64,000 nucleotides of DNA from a virus. Location: IMG/VR virus record IMGVR_UViG_3300044613_003659, positions 32,001-96,000 of that record. One strand, 5' to 3'. Position numbers and translations under genes: made by a program. The notes under the pieces were generated by a model. The model was not told the DNA's origin. It did no database searches and saw only the letters and a list, made by a program, of their open reading frames with translations. Each line of letters opens with the position of its first letter. The first letter of the stretch is position 1. Positions 46,875-58,494 of this stretch are shown piece after piece.

Positions 46875-48005
46875 GTGAAGATAGTACCAATCAAAAACGT
46901 CGGTGTTTATCATGACTCCGACGTTAATTTTTGGCATTTTGGTCGTATACAAGATTACTCTGGTTTAAGTTTTAGAGCTCCAGATTATTTTTTAAAATCA
47001 GCCAACCTCCAAAGTTTTTTAAACAGTATTCACTCGGTAAAATTTGCAAACTATCATGTGGCATTTCCTGCTAACAATGGTTGGTTAGACCGATTTCATT
47101 TGACTTATCCTTATGTAAATCATTCTATAATTGTTTGCTCAGAATTACATCAAGAAACCATAGAACAATTATACACCCTAGATCTTCCAAATGTAAGTAT
47201 TTTTGTATGCGGCTATATCTCAAAATCATTTGTACATGCCAAAATTTACCAGTGGATGGATTGGTTTATAACAGCAGGGGACTTTTACAGGCGCTGTAAT
47301 ACAACCTTACTGTCAAAAAAGATTACTAACACAGACAACAAAGAAAAATTTTTTGATGTGCTACTGGGTTGTCAACGCTATCATAGAGATTATATCAACG
47401 AATACATTGATAAAAATTTAGCCGATCAAGTCATTAAAACTTATTTTCGTCGATGGAATGTAGACCTCAGGCAAACAGATCATATTTTTGAATCAACCGG
47501 CATAGAGTTTTTAGAAGAAAATAACTATTTTAACACAGTACACATTGTGAAATATTATGGGCACAAAATGAATTTGAGTGCTATTGTACCTATAGACATT
47601 TACAATCGCACTCATTACAGTTTAGTAGCCGAAACCAATTACAGTAACGATTTTAATTTCTATACTGAAAAGATTGTCAAACCAATATTGGCTAAAAGAT
47701 TATTCATTGTTGTAGCAGGTAAAAACTATCTAAAAAATCTACGTAGTTTAGGTTTTAGAACATTTTCTGACGTAATTGATGAATCCTACGACCAGGTGGA
47801 AGATAACCGGAAAAGATGGAACCAAGCTCTGGCCGAAGTCTCAAAATTGTGTAATACTCCGGCGCAGAGTATAAATGAACAGATAAAAACAATAACAGAA
47901 CACAATTACAATTTAATGATGGAAGATTGGAATGGAAAATTTATACAGAATCTTGTTGCTGTAGTTGAACCATATCTAACTGCTGATCATAAAGTTGTTG
48001 ACTAG
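46875..48005 (+). CDS. phage glycosyltransferase-like protein (TEK..KP type)
   Basis: LVAET...FYTEKIVKPI...LGFRTF...DESYD. Confidence 0.55.
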   Translation: MKIVPIKNVGVYHDSDVNFWHFGRIQDYSGLSFRAPDYFLKSANLQSFLNSIHSVKFANYHVAFPANNGWLDRFHLTYPYVNHSIIVCSELHQETIEQLYTLDLPNVSIFVCGYISKSFVHAKIYQWMDWFITAGDFYRRCNTTLLSKKITNTDNKEKFFDVLLGCQRYHRDYINEYIDKNLADQVIKTYFRRWNVDLRQTDHIFESTGIEFLEENNYFNTVHIVKYYGHKMNLSAIVPIDIYNRTHYSLVAETNYSNDFNFYTEKIVKPILAKRLFIVVAGKNYLKNLRSLGFRTFSDVIDESYDQVEDNRKRWNQALAEVSKLCNTPAQSINEQIKTITEHNYNLMMEDWNGKFIQNLVAVVEPYLTADHKVVD

Positions 48006-48984
48006 CCAAATTCTTTCCTTTGGCCTCGACCATGATGTCGGCCCAGGCACCATGTTCTAATGCCCACTCATTGCAAGCCGTGTTCCAAGCAAAGTCTGAA
48101 TGTGCTCGTAATTTTTGTTTTTTGTAGCCTTGAGCTAAAAGATTCGTAAGATCTGGGCGTGTATTAGAGTCATGCCCCACCAAAACATCTTCCCTGCTAG
48201 TGCTGTAATGAATAACAGGGCGAACACCGCGCCAGCTATCCTGAATCCTCTTAATACGATAGTCTCTATGGTCAATATATTCTCCGCTTGCAATCCAATG
48301 ATGATGTAGATCTAGTACCAATGCACAATCGTTGACCAGTTCGAGGCTGGCCTCAAGTCCCCAAGACATTTCGTCGTTTTCGATCGTGATACAGTTTCTT
48401 GCTTCAGGGCTGAGGCGTTGTAGTGCTGCACGGATTCCATCCGGGCCGCGTTTGCCTGAGATGTGGACATTGATTTTAAAGTCCTGGAACGAACGGCCGT
48501 AGCCCATCCATCTAGCCATATCTGCATGATATTCAAACTCCTGAATTGATCGTTCTACAATGTTATCATTTTCACTAGCTAGTACACAAAACTGACCAGG
48601 ATGAAAACTAAGTCGCACATCCAATCGTCTTGCAGTTTCGCCAATGGGTGCAAATATTTTCTCTAGATGTCGCTGCACATCTGCCTGTTGCCACCACGCA
48701 ATCCAATTGGGTTCAGTGTAGCCTTGCAACATTTCCGAACCCAAGCGCACCATTCTACGCTCAAGGGGCAATGTGGCTACACGCTCAACCATCTTAACTG
48801 CCGCAGCAGCGTTGTGATTCATTATGTCCCACTGACGCTGTTCGGCCTCTTCGGGGTGTTCGCGCAGCCAACGCATGGTGGTACTACGTCCGTTGAGATC
48901 ACGATCTTTGGCATTGACCTTCATGCCACCGCATTCGCTAGGATCATTTAACCATTTGCATGCAAAACCAATTCTTCCAATCAT
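47941..48984 (-). CDS. uvsE: UV-damage endonuclease UvsE/UVDE
   Basis: RIGFAC, RLSFHPGQF, TIENDE, LDLHHH, HSD, MVEAKGK. Confidence 0.92.
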   Translation of the reverse strand: MIGRIGFACKWLNDPSECGGMKVNAKDRDLNGRSTTMRWLREHPEEAEQRQWDIMNHNAAAAVKMVERVATLPLERRMVRLGSEMLQGYTEPNWIAWWQQADVQRHLEKIFAPIGETARRLDVRLSFHPGQFCVLASENDNIVERSIQEFEYHADMARWMGYGRSFQDFKINVHISGKRGPDGIRAALQRLSPEARNCITIENDEMSWGLEASLELVNDCALVLDLHHHWIASGEYIDHRDYRIKRIQDSWRGVRPVIHYSTSREDVLVGHDSNTRPDLTNLLAQGYKKQKLRAHSDFAWNTACNEWALEHGAWADIMVEAKGKNLASQQLYDQQLDMVQLQQQDSV

Positions 48985-51818
48985 GAGTGCCTTATAACAT
49001 ACATTGTAAGTTCTGCGTTTTTATCTACTAAAACACTGTCTTTGGGATATTTACGATATGTTTCTATGTATTCGCCTGTGCGACGATTGATTCGTTTTTT
49101 GATCACAGCTTCAATAATCAGCATCTTGTTGCTTAGTTTTGCAACTTTGCCGATCATGAGTCTATTGGCCTGAGGAAAGGCCACATAGTCATTTACACTA
49201 ATTGATTTGCCAAGAGCGTCTGTGTGCATAGCAAGTTATTATAACAAGTCTTTAAGGGTAAGTCAATCATGCAAATCTTAATGCGAATTCGGTGGCAATG
49301 CGTTCATTTTTAAATATATAAACTGTAACACTTTCTTCAAGTGGCGCCTGATCGGCCATTGGATACTGCACATAGTAGAGCCAATCATCACCGTTTAACC
49401 AATGGCGAATTTCTCCTTCTCGACCACCGTATCGAATTGATCCTGTACCAGCATGAGTTTGCAACCATTCATTCACTTGATCGGTTTGCTTTTCCATTTT
49501 TGGATATGGTATTCTTATTTCGCTTGGCATGTGTATTTTAGTGCAAATTCTACTATTTTTCTATGTGGAACTGTTTGGTGAAATCTAACAATTTTCCTTT
49601 GTTGATTTCCTTGAATTTCAAGATACCATTTGTCAGTAAAGCCACGAAATCTAGCAAACTGACTGATTGAACTAAAATGGTATGGTTTTGGTTTGCCAAA
49701 GTATTCACCCGCGGTGTGTCGATCTCTAACTTCTTCTATGTTGTTTACAAGCCAATCTATCATTTGCTTGTAATCGCCATCAACTATTTCAAATTCAATT
49801 GACCAATCTACAACATCAATCATTGATCAACTACTCCATTTTAATAAAAAAAGTGTAGCATCTTCTTGATTCTTAAAGGCAAAATACAAGCCATTTGAAC
49901 GCCAAGTATTGCGTTCAAATGTATCAATACAATATGCTTCCAATCTACAAGCCTGTTCCCAAGCATCCGGTTCAGGAGTCATACGAAATTGATGAGGCCA
50001 ATGCCGTCTGTTATAAACTTGCATTAAAGATAATCATCTTGGTAAGGAACTACAATCCAACCCAATTGTTTAAGATCCATTTGAACTTCATCTGTGATAT
50101 GAGATTCGTGAACAAACCCTTGTTTAAGGTGGCCTTCATCTCCAACAAATCCCATACCCGAACAGTACCAATCCATGTAGTCGCCTTGACAGCGAATATC
50201 CGCTACCAATCCGCCGGCATAACGCCAGGTACAACTCCATGTCTGATCTGTCAACACAGGTATTACTTCTAGTTTTTGAAAAGAATTATTACATAATGCA
50301 GCATACACATTTTGAGCGTAGCTTTCACTATCTCGCACTTTATCTACAAACCACTTGGTATCTTTCATATCACGTTCTAAACTAGGTTCCATTATTGTCC
50401 TTGCCAACGTAATTGAAATAACAAAGCATCCTGCTCGTTATAGAATTCAAACTCGTAACGAATGTGCCATTCGGGCTCCTCGCCTAGTACATCGAAGCTA
50501 AAAGCATTGCTATTTTCGTAGATCAACCAACTAACAAAACTAGGGCAATTTTCAACTGCCCATTCTCTTAGCTGATCTTCATCAATATCGTATAAGGTTA
50601 CTATTGCCATCTTAATAAAAAATTACTAGCATCTGCTTGGTCTTCTATGACCACAACCATGCCTTGTTGATGATTACGCCCTCTAGGCAAACATTCGTCC
50701 ATCCAAGTATATATCTCTTTTTCATTGTTGGTCCACCAACGATAATCACTTATAATGATATAATAGTGTGGCATTTCCTCGTCAAAAGGACCAGTGGCAA
50801 TAAATCTACCTTTTTTATCTTCCCACAGTGTTGACATTTTTATTTTTTTGTAAACATAAAGATTGGTATTGATCTTGATTGGTTTTAATTGATTCTACCC
50901 ATTTTGCTCTTGCAGCCATACACTCTTCGTGAGTAGGATACTCTTTAGTATACACAAACTTCATTGACGGCGATGGGTCGTTCCAAAATTGTATGCTTAA
51001 TAGCCAAACAGTGATCATTTCCATATTATCCCCATTTAAGTAAAAACATAGTTACTTCTTCTTCGTTGCGAAATTTAAAGGTATCAAACGATGTTCTGCG
51101 TCCGCACCTATTGTACATACACCATTCTTGTATTGGCTCAAGATTACTTTCTCTCAATCCAGTTTGAGTTATTGGTCCGTGATCATATGCAATTCTGGCA
51201 ATTAAAATTAAAGGATATGCTGCATCTCTTTCCCACACAATTTTCATGTAATCTTTACACGATTTTTTACAGCACGGTTACTATACATACTATGACCACG
51301 CGATCTAAACAAATTGGCCGCCGACTGTGGATCAGTTTCAAACATCTGTTCAATATCTTGTTTGCTGATACTATGGTCACAGTCTATGGCATAAAGTTCA
51401 TAATGGCGGTGTGCGTTAACTTGAGCACGAAGAATCATGCTTTGGACGAGAGTGTACACTGGATTACGGACTGGATCTTGATTATTTAACACACGAAATG
51501 TGTTATCTCGATCAATGTGCTCGTATTCAGTAATCGGAACTACACTTTCCAAGCCTTCTTCACACCAATAAACTAGATAAGCATTAGTAGTCATAGATAT
51601 TTCAATTGAAAGAAAGTTGCCCGAGCCGGATCCTTGAAATCCAATCTCATGTCCTCTTGCCACCCGGTTTCGTAATACCATTCTCTGTAATTGCGACTGG
51701 TAAAACCCAATTCTCTTTCTACCCTTGACCGGATCAAGAAGAAAGTATCCCCGTATTCTTGAGTGATACGAGTTCTAATATCCGACCAATGTTTTTTATT
51801 TAGAACTAAGGTAGTCAT
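48981..51818 (-). other. run of small hypothetical ORFs, many ending in F.L.W/Y/F
   Basis: About 11 tightly packed ORFs; TTGACT-17 nt-TATAAT promoters near 51850 and 49265. Confidence 0.65.
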
Positions 51819-51844
51819 ACTGCATTATAGCAGTATATTTGAAA

Positions 51845-53104
51845 TCAGTCAATTATTCCGAAGTTGGCCCAATTGGCTCCACCTAGGCAAATCCATCCTA
51901 ACGGTCCGCCTGGATTTGGGTTAGTGTTCCAAACCACATGGCATCTTTCACTAACAAAATTTGGGGGAGTACTGGAAGTGGTGAATCTCATTTGACCTAC
52001 TCTAAGATCGTCAATTTGAGTAGACCCATCTTCGGAAAGTACAATGTTATCCTTGTTATTTGAAGTAATAACCAATTTCTGTTGTCTAGACGTACCAATT
52101 AAACCAACATCTCTAGATTTTTTCTTGGCAATTATTTCAATTTCATCGTCCCAGACGCTTAAAGCAGCAGATGGTTCAATTGTATTAATGCCCACTCTTT
52201 TTGGAGTAACGTAAAAAGTTTGAGCAATAATGCTTTCACCACTTACTCTAAGTTCCTTTAGTTCTCCTAGTGTTTGCAAATTACTATTAACTATTGTAGA
52301 ACCTAATGCATTTGTAGTAGCTAGTTCAGATCCGTTTAAAGTTATTTTATTTAGATCTAGTCCATCTTTTTTAATTTTATCAAAAACAATATTACTAAAA
52401 TTATCAAATAAACTTTGGTTAATTGTACTTAATGTGCTTGAAGTTGTACTTGAAACTATAGATCTAAAAAATTTAGAATCTTCGGGTATATTTCCATTAA
52501 CAGCAAAATCACCATTGATTGTCATAGTACCTTGTACTGTTAAATCTTGGGTGAGGAGATTATTTTCAACAACTACACTGTCGTCTAATATAGTAAGTGC
52601 TACTTGCGAAGCACGATCTTCTATACCTGTACTACCAAAGTTTTCAATTATGCCGCCATTGACATTATCGCCAGATATCCTAAGATTACTCAATTTAAGT
52701 GCAGCAGGATCAATACTACTTGGGGGAAAAACAAATTCTGAAATTCTATCTGCAATTAATACACTTACTGATGTGTTTAATGCTCGGTCCAAATCAATTG
52801 TAGAAAACTTTTCGCTTACCTTTAGTTCTACTAATTGGTTTGTTTTCTCTTGAATTGTGTCAAGAGAAGTGCGTATTTTATCTACTATTCTGTTTTCTAA
52901 TTTTCTGGGATCAATTGAATATTCACTGATTCTTTTTTCAATCGCGAGATTAGTAGCATCCTGAATGTGTGACGTATAGTCATATGAAACAAGTCTATTG
53001 TTAATAGCAGCACTAATTGCACTGTCAACCTTTACAATTACATTAGATGTAATGTCTGCTATTAACTCTTCAACTATTTTTGTTAAATGTGTATTAATTT
53101 CCAT
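51845..53104 (-). CDS. hypothetical, probable virion protein
   Basis: Coiled-coil N-half; SNLQTLGEL..L.VSG and RVGINT..P motifs typical of fibre-like proteins. Confidence 0.55.
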   Translation of the reverse strand: MEINTHLTKIVEELIADITSNVIVKVDSAISAAINNRLVSYDYTSHIQDATNLAIEKRISEYSIDPRKLENRIVDKIRTSLDTIQEKTNQLVELKVSEKFSTIDLDRALNTSVSVLIADRISEFVFPPSSIDPAALKLSNLRISGDNVNGGIIENFGSTGIEDRASQVALTILDDSVVVENNLLTQDLTVQGTMTINGDFAVNGNIPEDSKFFRSIVSSTTSSTLSTINQSLFDNFSNIVFDKIKKDGLDLNKITLNGSELATTNALGSTIVNSNLQTLGELKELRVSGESIIAQTFYVTPKRVGINTIEPSAALSVWDDEIEIIAKKKSRDVGLIGTSRQQKLVITSNNKDNIVLSEDGSTQIDDLRVGQMRFTTSSTPPNFVSERCHVVWNTNPNPGGPLGWICLGGANWANFGIID

Positions 53105-53831
53105 TATTAAATCGAATACTAATTACGTGTTCGTAATTTTTTTTGATTAAACTTTTATACATTAAATTTTTGTGTACGTGAAAACTAGCTGCTCCAGCAT
53201 CATGACTAAATTTTGCTAATTGTTTAAAAAACATAATTTTTTTTGCATACGGACCAAAATTTTCAAAATTATTACCGTTTATTTTATACAAACTAGTTTG
53301 CCATGAATTTCTATCTTGCGCATCGTAGTTATGAAATTCTAAAAATATATTGTTATCATTTCCGTTTTTAATTAAAGCAGGTAATGAAAATTCTTTGTCC
53401 TTAAATTCTTGATTTTTGTAGTCTCTACATGTAGTTATGATATAGTCGGTGGCCAGTCTACATATTTCTATAACTTTATTTTTTTGCTCAATTTCGTCTT
53501 TAGCAAAAGTAAAAAATTCATCTAAAGCTATAACTACGTCAAACTTTTTAGCATACATAGTTAAATCTTTGTATTCAATAAAATTAAATTTGACCCCAGC
53601 TTTATTAAGATAATTTTTTACATTATTAGAAACTTCAGTAACATAAATTGTTTTTGTATTATCAATTAATATTAAAGGGTTAAATCCAATATATAATACA
53701 TTAGATGGGCTATAGTTATGGAAATACGAAACTTCGTCTAGTATTTCTTTTTTTCTTTTAAGTATTTCGTTTTGCTTTGTATGCAGTAAAAATGCCTGCA
53801 TTAGACAATCAGTATAACTTTCAAAACTCAT
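53094..53831 (-). CDS. degenerate methyltransferase-fold protein
   Basis: VLYIG, KFDVVIALDE. Confidence 0.45.
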   Translation of the reverse strand: MSFESYTDCLMQAFLLHTKQNEILKRKKEILDEVSYFHNYSPSNVLYIGFNPLILIDNTKTIYVTEVSNNVKNYLNKAGVKFNFIEYKDLTMYAKKFDVVIALDEFFTFAKDEIEQKNKVIEICRLATDYIITTCRDYKNQEFKDKEFSLPALIKNGNDNNIFLEFHNYDAQDRNSWQTSLYKINGNNFENFGPYAKKIMFFKQLAKFSHDAGAASFHVHKNLMYKSLIKKNYEHVISIRFNNGN

Positions 53832-53859
53832 GATAACCTTTTTTTTTATTGTTAGTTAT

Positions 53860-54786
53860 TTATTGAGTTTGACGTACTATGTCTAGCGTAACACAATGAA
53901 AACCACCACCTAATGTCCTAGAATGCCGTAATTCTAGCGGTATTACAGTAAAATTATAAGATTCTAGTATCCTAATGAGTTTATGTTGATGTTTGTCTAC
54001 TATTACAGTATTTGGATCAATCACTAACATGTTTAGTGCTATCCATTTACTGGCATAAGGATATTGATAAAATCCTTGTTCTATAATGTCATCATCAGTT
54101 ATCCAAATTACATCCCACGTACTGAATACATTTGGTAAGTTATCTTCATTGCCTACACGACTAGCATTAACAAGGACTAGGCCTTCGCGCAAAGGAACTA
54201 TAGTGCTGTCAATATGTACTCCTGAATAAAATTTACAAATTTCAAATTTGACATTGTGAAACTTAGTCATTAACCAATGCGCGGCTTGATAATTACCACT
54301 TACGCTTTCCAAATATAATATTTTGTCATTTAATCTAAGAGCATTAGCAGCATCCATTATGTACCTATCATTACGAGGCATACGATGAACAATATTGGCG
54401 CGATAGATAATGTCGTCGAGTGCTTCTATCTCCATATCTCTGCAAGGATACATCATAGCAGGATCCACTATTGTGTCACCATAGATAAACAATCTGTCTC
54501 TAGGACAATAACCGTACATACCGCCTAACTCTTGATAGTTAAGTGCTCGCGGTCTATGTACTATAACACCGTAATTTTCCAATGTTTGTGCCAAAATGTC
54601 TAAGTCCTCGTTGGCTTCGTCAATGATCCAATCAGGTACCGGCCCACTGGGCACTGGGCTTGCTTGCCATGTTGTCTTTTCACTTTCTTTAGAAAACACA
54701 GGATCATCCGAGGGCCAATTGGCAAAATCTGCTCGACCTACAACAACTTCTTTGAGAGAATCCCATTCGTTGTAACTATTAATCAT
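53860..54786 (-). CDS. amidinotransferase (glycine/inosamine-phosphate type)
   Basis: NEWD.LKEVVVG, CPRD, HID, GGGFHCVTLD. Confidence 0.9.
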   Translation of the reverse strand: MINSYNEWDSLKEVVVGRADFANWPSDDPVFSKESEKTTWQASPVPSGPVPDWIIDEANEDLDILAQTLENYGVIVHRPRALNYQELGGMYGYCPRDRLFIYGDTIVDPAMMYPCRDMEIEALDDIIYRANIVHRMPRNDRYIMDAANALRLNDKILYLESVSGNYQAAHWLMTKFHNVKFEICKFYSGVHIDSTIVPLREGLVLVNASRVGNEDNLPNVFSTWDVIWITDDDIIEQGFYQYPYASKWIALNMLVIDPNTVIVDKHQHKLIRILESYNFTVIPLELRHSRTLGGGFHCVTLDIVRQTQ

Positions 54787-55295
54787 ATGTGCCCTGTTAC
54801 CTGAAGAGTATATCTTGGTGTAGTACCTAAGTTAGCTGCCATATGAGGAGCGTTCCAATCCCAGGTTAATGTAAAACCTTTTATGTAACCAGTGTAGGCT
54901 GTATTACAACATTCAACATAATGTCCTGATTGCCAATCTTCTAAGAAAATTACTGCACGTCTAATTGTATCTTCCTTGCCCTTGAGATTAAACAATTCAA
55001 TGTATCTTTTATATGTGTCAACATGCATCAGGAGCATTGTACCCGGATCCATTCTGTAATACGAAGTGCCTATATTTTTCCATTCTAAATGCTGAAAAAA
55101 GTCTATAATTTCTTTATTCCACAATGGTTGGCTATTACGCATATCGCACATGTAGCCGCCAAATGGTCCTCTGAATCCTGCATCTTCCCAGTCAATCATA
55201 GTAGCAGGATCATTGAACTGTTCTTTCTTATAATTTAAATTTTTATATTCTTCATCCCAAAAAGGATCAAGATGAAAGTATTCGTGTGTTGCCAT
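54783..55295 (-). CDS. 2OG-Fe(II) oxygenase-like protein
   Basis: MHVD...PHMAAN...RYTLQ. Confidence 0.7.
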   Translation of the reverse strand: MATHEYFHLDPFWDEEYKNLNYKKEQFNDPATMIDWEDAGFRGPFGGYMCDMRNSQPLWNKEIIDFFQHLEWKNIGTSYYRMDPGTMLLMHVDTYKRYIELFNLKGKEDTIRRAVIFLEDWQSGHYVECCNTAYTGYIKGFTLTWDWNAPHMAANLGTTPRYTLQVTGHI

Positions 55296-56499
55296 AATAT
55301 ATTACCTCATAATCTTTGTCTGAAACAAATTGTCGCCATGGATCAACAATTACACTACCTTCTGCAAGTTTCACGTACAATTCTTGTTCGTTATTTTCTC
55401 CGGTATACCCGTAAGTTATTTTTCTAGAATGTGCAAGAAACGCTATAACAGGTACGTCTTTAAATGGTGGTGCGTCACCGGTCAGCGGGTCTATGTAATA
55501 AAATTTAGTTTGCAGTTCTTCTAGGTAATATCCTAATAGTAGACTGTAACTTCCATCACAATATTCTACGTCTGGTTTATATGCCTTGCCTAGAACAAAA
55601 ATAGGCAAGTTTCTCTCAACTTGTATTTTTTTCAAAAACTTGGCTAAGTTTCTTGCTTGTATTTCTCTTGCATGAATAATTGTATCAAAAAAGTCATATC
55701 CAAGACTTAAATTTTCTGCTAGCCAACGTAGTGCAATATTATCTCTAGGATGACAAGGTCCAGCATCTCCCATGCCTGCTTTCATATATTTTGGGCTCAT
55801 AATACGAATAGTACTATGGGCTAAAGCATCGGTCACTACATCAACATTAATGTTACCATTTTTCATTGCTACATCTTGTATCATGTTAACTATACCCACT
55901 TTTGTACTAATAAAAGTGTTATAAAATATTTTTATAGATTCTGCTTCGTCCCATGTTCCTACAATATATCTAGGATCGTTTTGCATTACAGGTGTGTAAA
56001 AATCTATTAATTCTTGAGCGTCACCTGTCTGCGATCCATCTTCTGTACCAATTATAATCATCTCAGGATTTACCATATCCCATTCAACTGAACCCATTGC
56101 TATAAGATATGGATTGTATATAAATCTTGCATTAGTTAAACATGGACGTAGTTCTCTTCTAACGGTGCCAGGTAAAACTGTAGATATTAACACAACTAAT
56201 TGATTTGGTGTTGCCCAGGCATCAATTTGATTTAGAACATCTTTTACAATTGTATAATCAAAATCTTTGTTTGGTAAATGTGTGATTGGCTTAGAACCAT
56301 CATAAGCAGGATCGTGCGGTGTCTGAACTGCAACAAATACGATATCTTTGCCAACAACAGCGCCACGTAAATTATCTGAAATTTTAATTTTGTCGCTTTG
56401 CTTTGGGTAAATATCATAACCAGTTACATCATACTGTGCAGACAAAACCTCTGCACAAGACATACCTAATTTACCTAAACCTATAAATCCAACTTTCAT
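55267..56499 (-). CDS. UDP-glucose/GDP-mannose dehydrogenase family
   Basis: GFIGLGKLG, STVLPGT, K...N, GPCHPRD, AYKPD. Confidence 0.9.
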   Translation of the reverse strand: MKVGFIGLGKLGMSCAEVLSAQYDVTGYDIYPKQSDKIKISDNLRGAVVGKDIVFVAVQTPHDPAYDGSKPITHLPNKDFDYTIVKDVLNQIDAWATPNQLVVLISTVLPGTVRRELRPCLTNARFIYNPYLIAMGSVEWDMVNPEMIIIGTEDGSQTGDAQELIDFYTPVMQNDPRYIVGTWDEAESIKIFYNTFISTKVGIVNMIQDVAMKNGNINVDVVTDALAHSTIRIMSPKYMKAGMGDAGPCHPRDNIALRWLAENLSLGYDFFDTIIHAREIQARNLAKFLKKIQVERNLPIFVLGKAYKPDVEYCDGSYSLLLGYYLEELQTKFYYIDPLTGDAPPFKDVPVIAFLAHSRKITYGYTGENNEQELYVKLAEGSVIVDPWRQFVSDKDYEVIYYGNTRILSS

Positions 56500-56500
56500 T

Positions 56501-57721
56501 ATGATCTCCTACAATCGATTTTATGAGTTATTTCACGAAGTTTTTTGTTACCCTAATCATTTAACATCATATGGATTTATACCAAGCTATTCTACTAAAA
56601 TTGAAAATTTTGTTCCTTTTAATTTTGGCAATAAGTTTGATTTAAATTTTGATATAAACGGTCAATTATTTTGGTGGTGCGAAGAACCTATTAATTATGA
56701 AGATTTTGAAAATCTGCATTATTATCCATTAGGTACAGATGTAGTACCATTTGACTTTAGTAAAGGGACTGATAGTATGATTCCGCCTATAAGTTGTATG
56801 GAAGCCGATGTTCATATTTCAATTGTCGCCAATTCAGAAAAAAGTAAAATGAAAAATAATCTGTTAAAAAAATACAATTATAAAGATTGGTATTTTTTCT
56901 TTCACGGGTTTGCTGCACTTGACTGGTTTCGTGATTTTAAATATATGCAAAAAAGTGATATCAAAATAACAAAATTATTTATCTGTTTAAATCACATATT
57001 GGATAAAAAAAGAAATTATAGGTTGAATTTACTTAATCAATTATTTCACCATAATTTAGATAAGGTAGGAAATATATCTGCTCCTAAATTAACCACAAAT
57101 CTAATAAAAGATGAAATTTTTGATCCGTATTCATTGTTAAGTGTTCAAACTAAAAAAGATATATATAAAAATCTTTATTCTAAAGCGCAACCAATTATTT
57201 TGGATAACAAAAATAGTTTTAAAACAGTAAGTGCAGACATTATAGAAAATACGTTTGCATTAAGTTCTTTGTGGCATATTGTTCCAGAAACTATTTTTTA
57301 TGATGAAAAGTTACATTTAACGGAGAAAATTTTTAAGCCAATAGTAATTAAAAGACCTTTTATTTTAATTGGCGCACCCGGTAATCTAGCATATCTCAAA
57401 GAATACGGTTTTCAAACGTTTGATCGCTGGATCAATGAAGATTACGATAACGAACCAGATCCTGATTTAAGAATTCAAAAAGCGATTGGGGAACTAAAGA
57501 AACTACAAAATAAAAATTTGACTGAGATGTATAATGAAATGTTACCTGTGCTTGAATTTAATCATGCTCATTTTTTTGGAAAATTTAGAGAAATAATAGT
57601 AGATGAAGCTATAGAAAATTTTAAAAAAGCTATGTTTATGTATAACAAAGATTTATCTTTTAGATTCCGATTGCCTGAAGTTTTAGACTTTGACTTAATA
57701 AGAAGACATTTATTATTTTAA
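56501..57721 (+). CDS. phage glycosyltransferase-like protein, paralog of 46875-48005
   Basis: IVPET...LTEKIFKPI...YGFQTF...NEDYD. Confidence 0.55.
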   Translation: MISYNRFYELFHEVFCYPNHLTSYGFIPSYSTKIENFVPFNFGNKFDLNFDINGQLFWWCEEPINYEDFENLHYYPLGTDVVPFDFSKGTDSMIPPISCMEADVHISIVANSEKSKMKNNLLKKYNYKDWYFFFHGFAALDWFRDFKYMQKSDIKITKLFICLNHILDKKRNYRLNLLNQLFHHNLDKVGNISAPKLTTNLIKDEIFDPYSLLSVQTKKDIYKNLYSKAQPIILDNKNSFKTVSADIIENTFALSSLWHIVPETIFYDEKLHLTEKIFKPIVIKRPFILIGAPGNLAYLKEYGFQTFDRWINEDYDNEPDPDLRIQKAIGELKKLQNKNLTEMYNEMLPVLEFNHAHFFGKFREIIVDEAIENFKKAMFMYNKDLSFRFRLPEVLDFDLIRRHLLF

Positions 57722-58470
57722 ATTTTTCTTTCTATTGCACTAACAATCAACTGCTCCATATCATGTATCCTTGTTCTTGTTGTCTTTGAATTTAATACAA
57801 CAAATAATTTTTTTTGATTGTTTATATAAAGACTCATTACTAAACAGCCTCCGGAAGCTCTTACGTAACCTGTTTTACTGACCAAAACGTCATATTTGCC
57901 TACCAGTGGATTGGTATTAGAGTATTTCCATTTTAATATTTTTTTCTTTTTGGATTTAATAATTTCTCCAACTAATTTATTACTAGCAGATACAATTACA
58001 GGATATTTTTCCGCTGCCAACAATAATTTTATCAAATCTGTAGGGGTACTAACATTGCGATTATCTAAACCACTGCTGTCAAAAAATGATGTACGAGTCA
58101 TTCCTAGTACATCTGCTTTGTGATTCATATCTTCAATACACTGCCGGTAACCTCTATGATAATTTTCGCATAACATTTTAGCAGCAACATTATCAGATTT
58201 GATAATAGCCAAATTTAAAAGCTGTTCTCTAGTTATATATAATCCTTTAAATTTCTTTTTTAAAGGTGTATTTAGATTTTCATTAGCATCTAATACTACC
58301 ATAGCAGTCATTAGTTTTGTTATACTTGCTATTGGCTGTACTATTTCTATGTTTTCTGATTCTAAAACTTTTCCTTCTCCATCTGCAATCAGCCAAGATT
58401 TAGCTTGTATCTGAGCTGCATAGGAATAGTTTACCAAAGAGAATAAAACTACTGCGACAATATTTTTCAT
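57718..58470 (-). CDS. D-Ala-D-Ala peptidase, S11 family (PbpG/PBP7-like)
   Basis: Signal peptide; SITK, SDN and KTG motifs. Confidence 0.88.
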   Translation of the reverse strand: MKNIVAVVLFSLVNYSYAAQIQAKSWLIADGEGKVLESENIEIVQPIASITKLMTAMVVLDANENLNTPLKKKFKGLYITREQLLNLAIIKSDNVAAKMLCENYHRGYRQCIEDMNHKADVLGMTRTSFFDSSGLDNRNVSTPTDLIKLLLAAEKYPVIVSASNKLVGEIIKSKKKKILKWKYSNTNPLVGKYDVLVSKTGYVRASGGCLVMSLYINNQKKLFVVLNSKTTRTRIHDMEQLIVSAIERKI

Positions 58471-58494
58471 ATGTAAAAGTAAAGAACCTAAGAA

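Noticed and set aside
46451-46894. 147-aa minus-strand ORF
   Set aside because: Antisense shadow of the plus-strand EF-hand membrane protein, which has the SD and motifs.
52230-52853. 207-aa plus-strand ORF
   Set aside because: Antisense shadow of 51845-53104; Ser/Leu-rich with no motifs.
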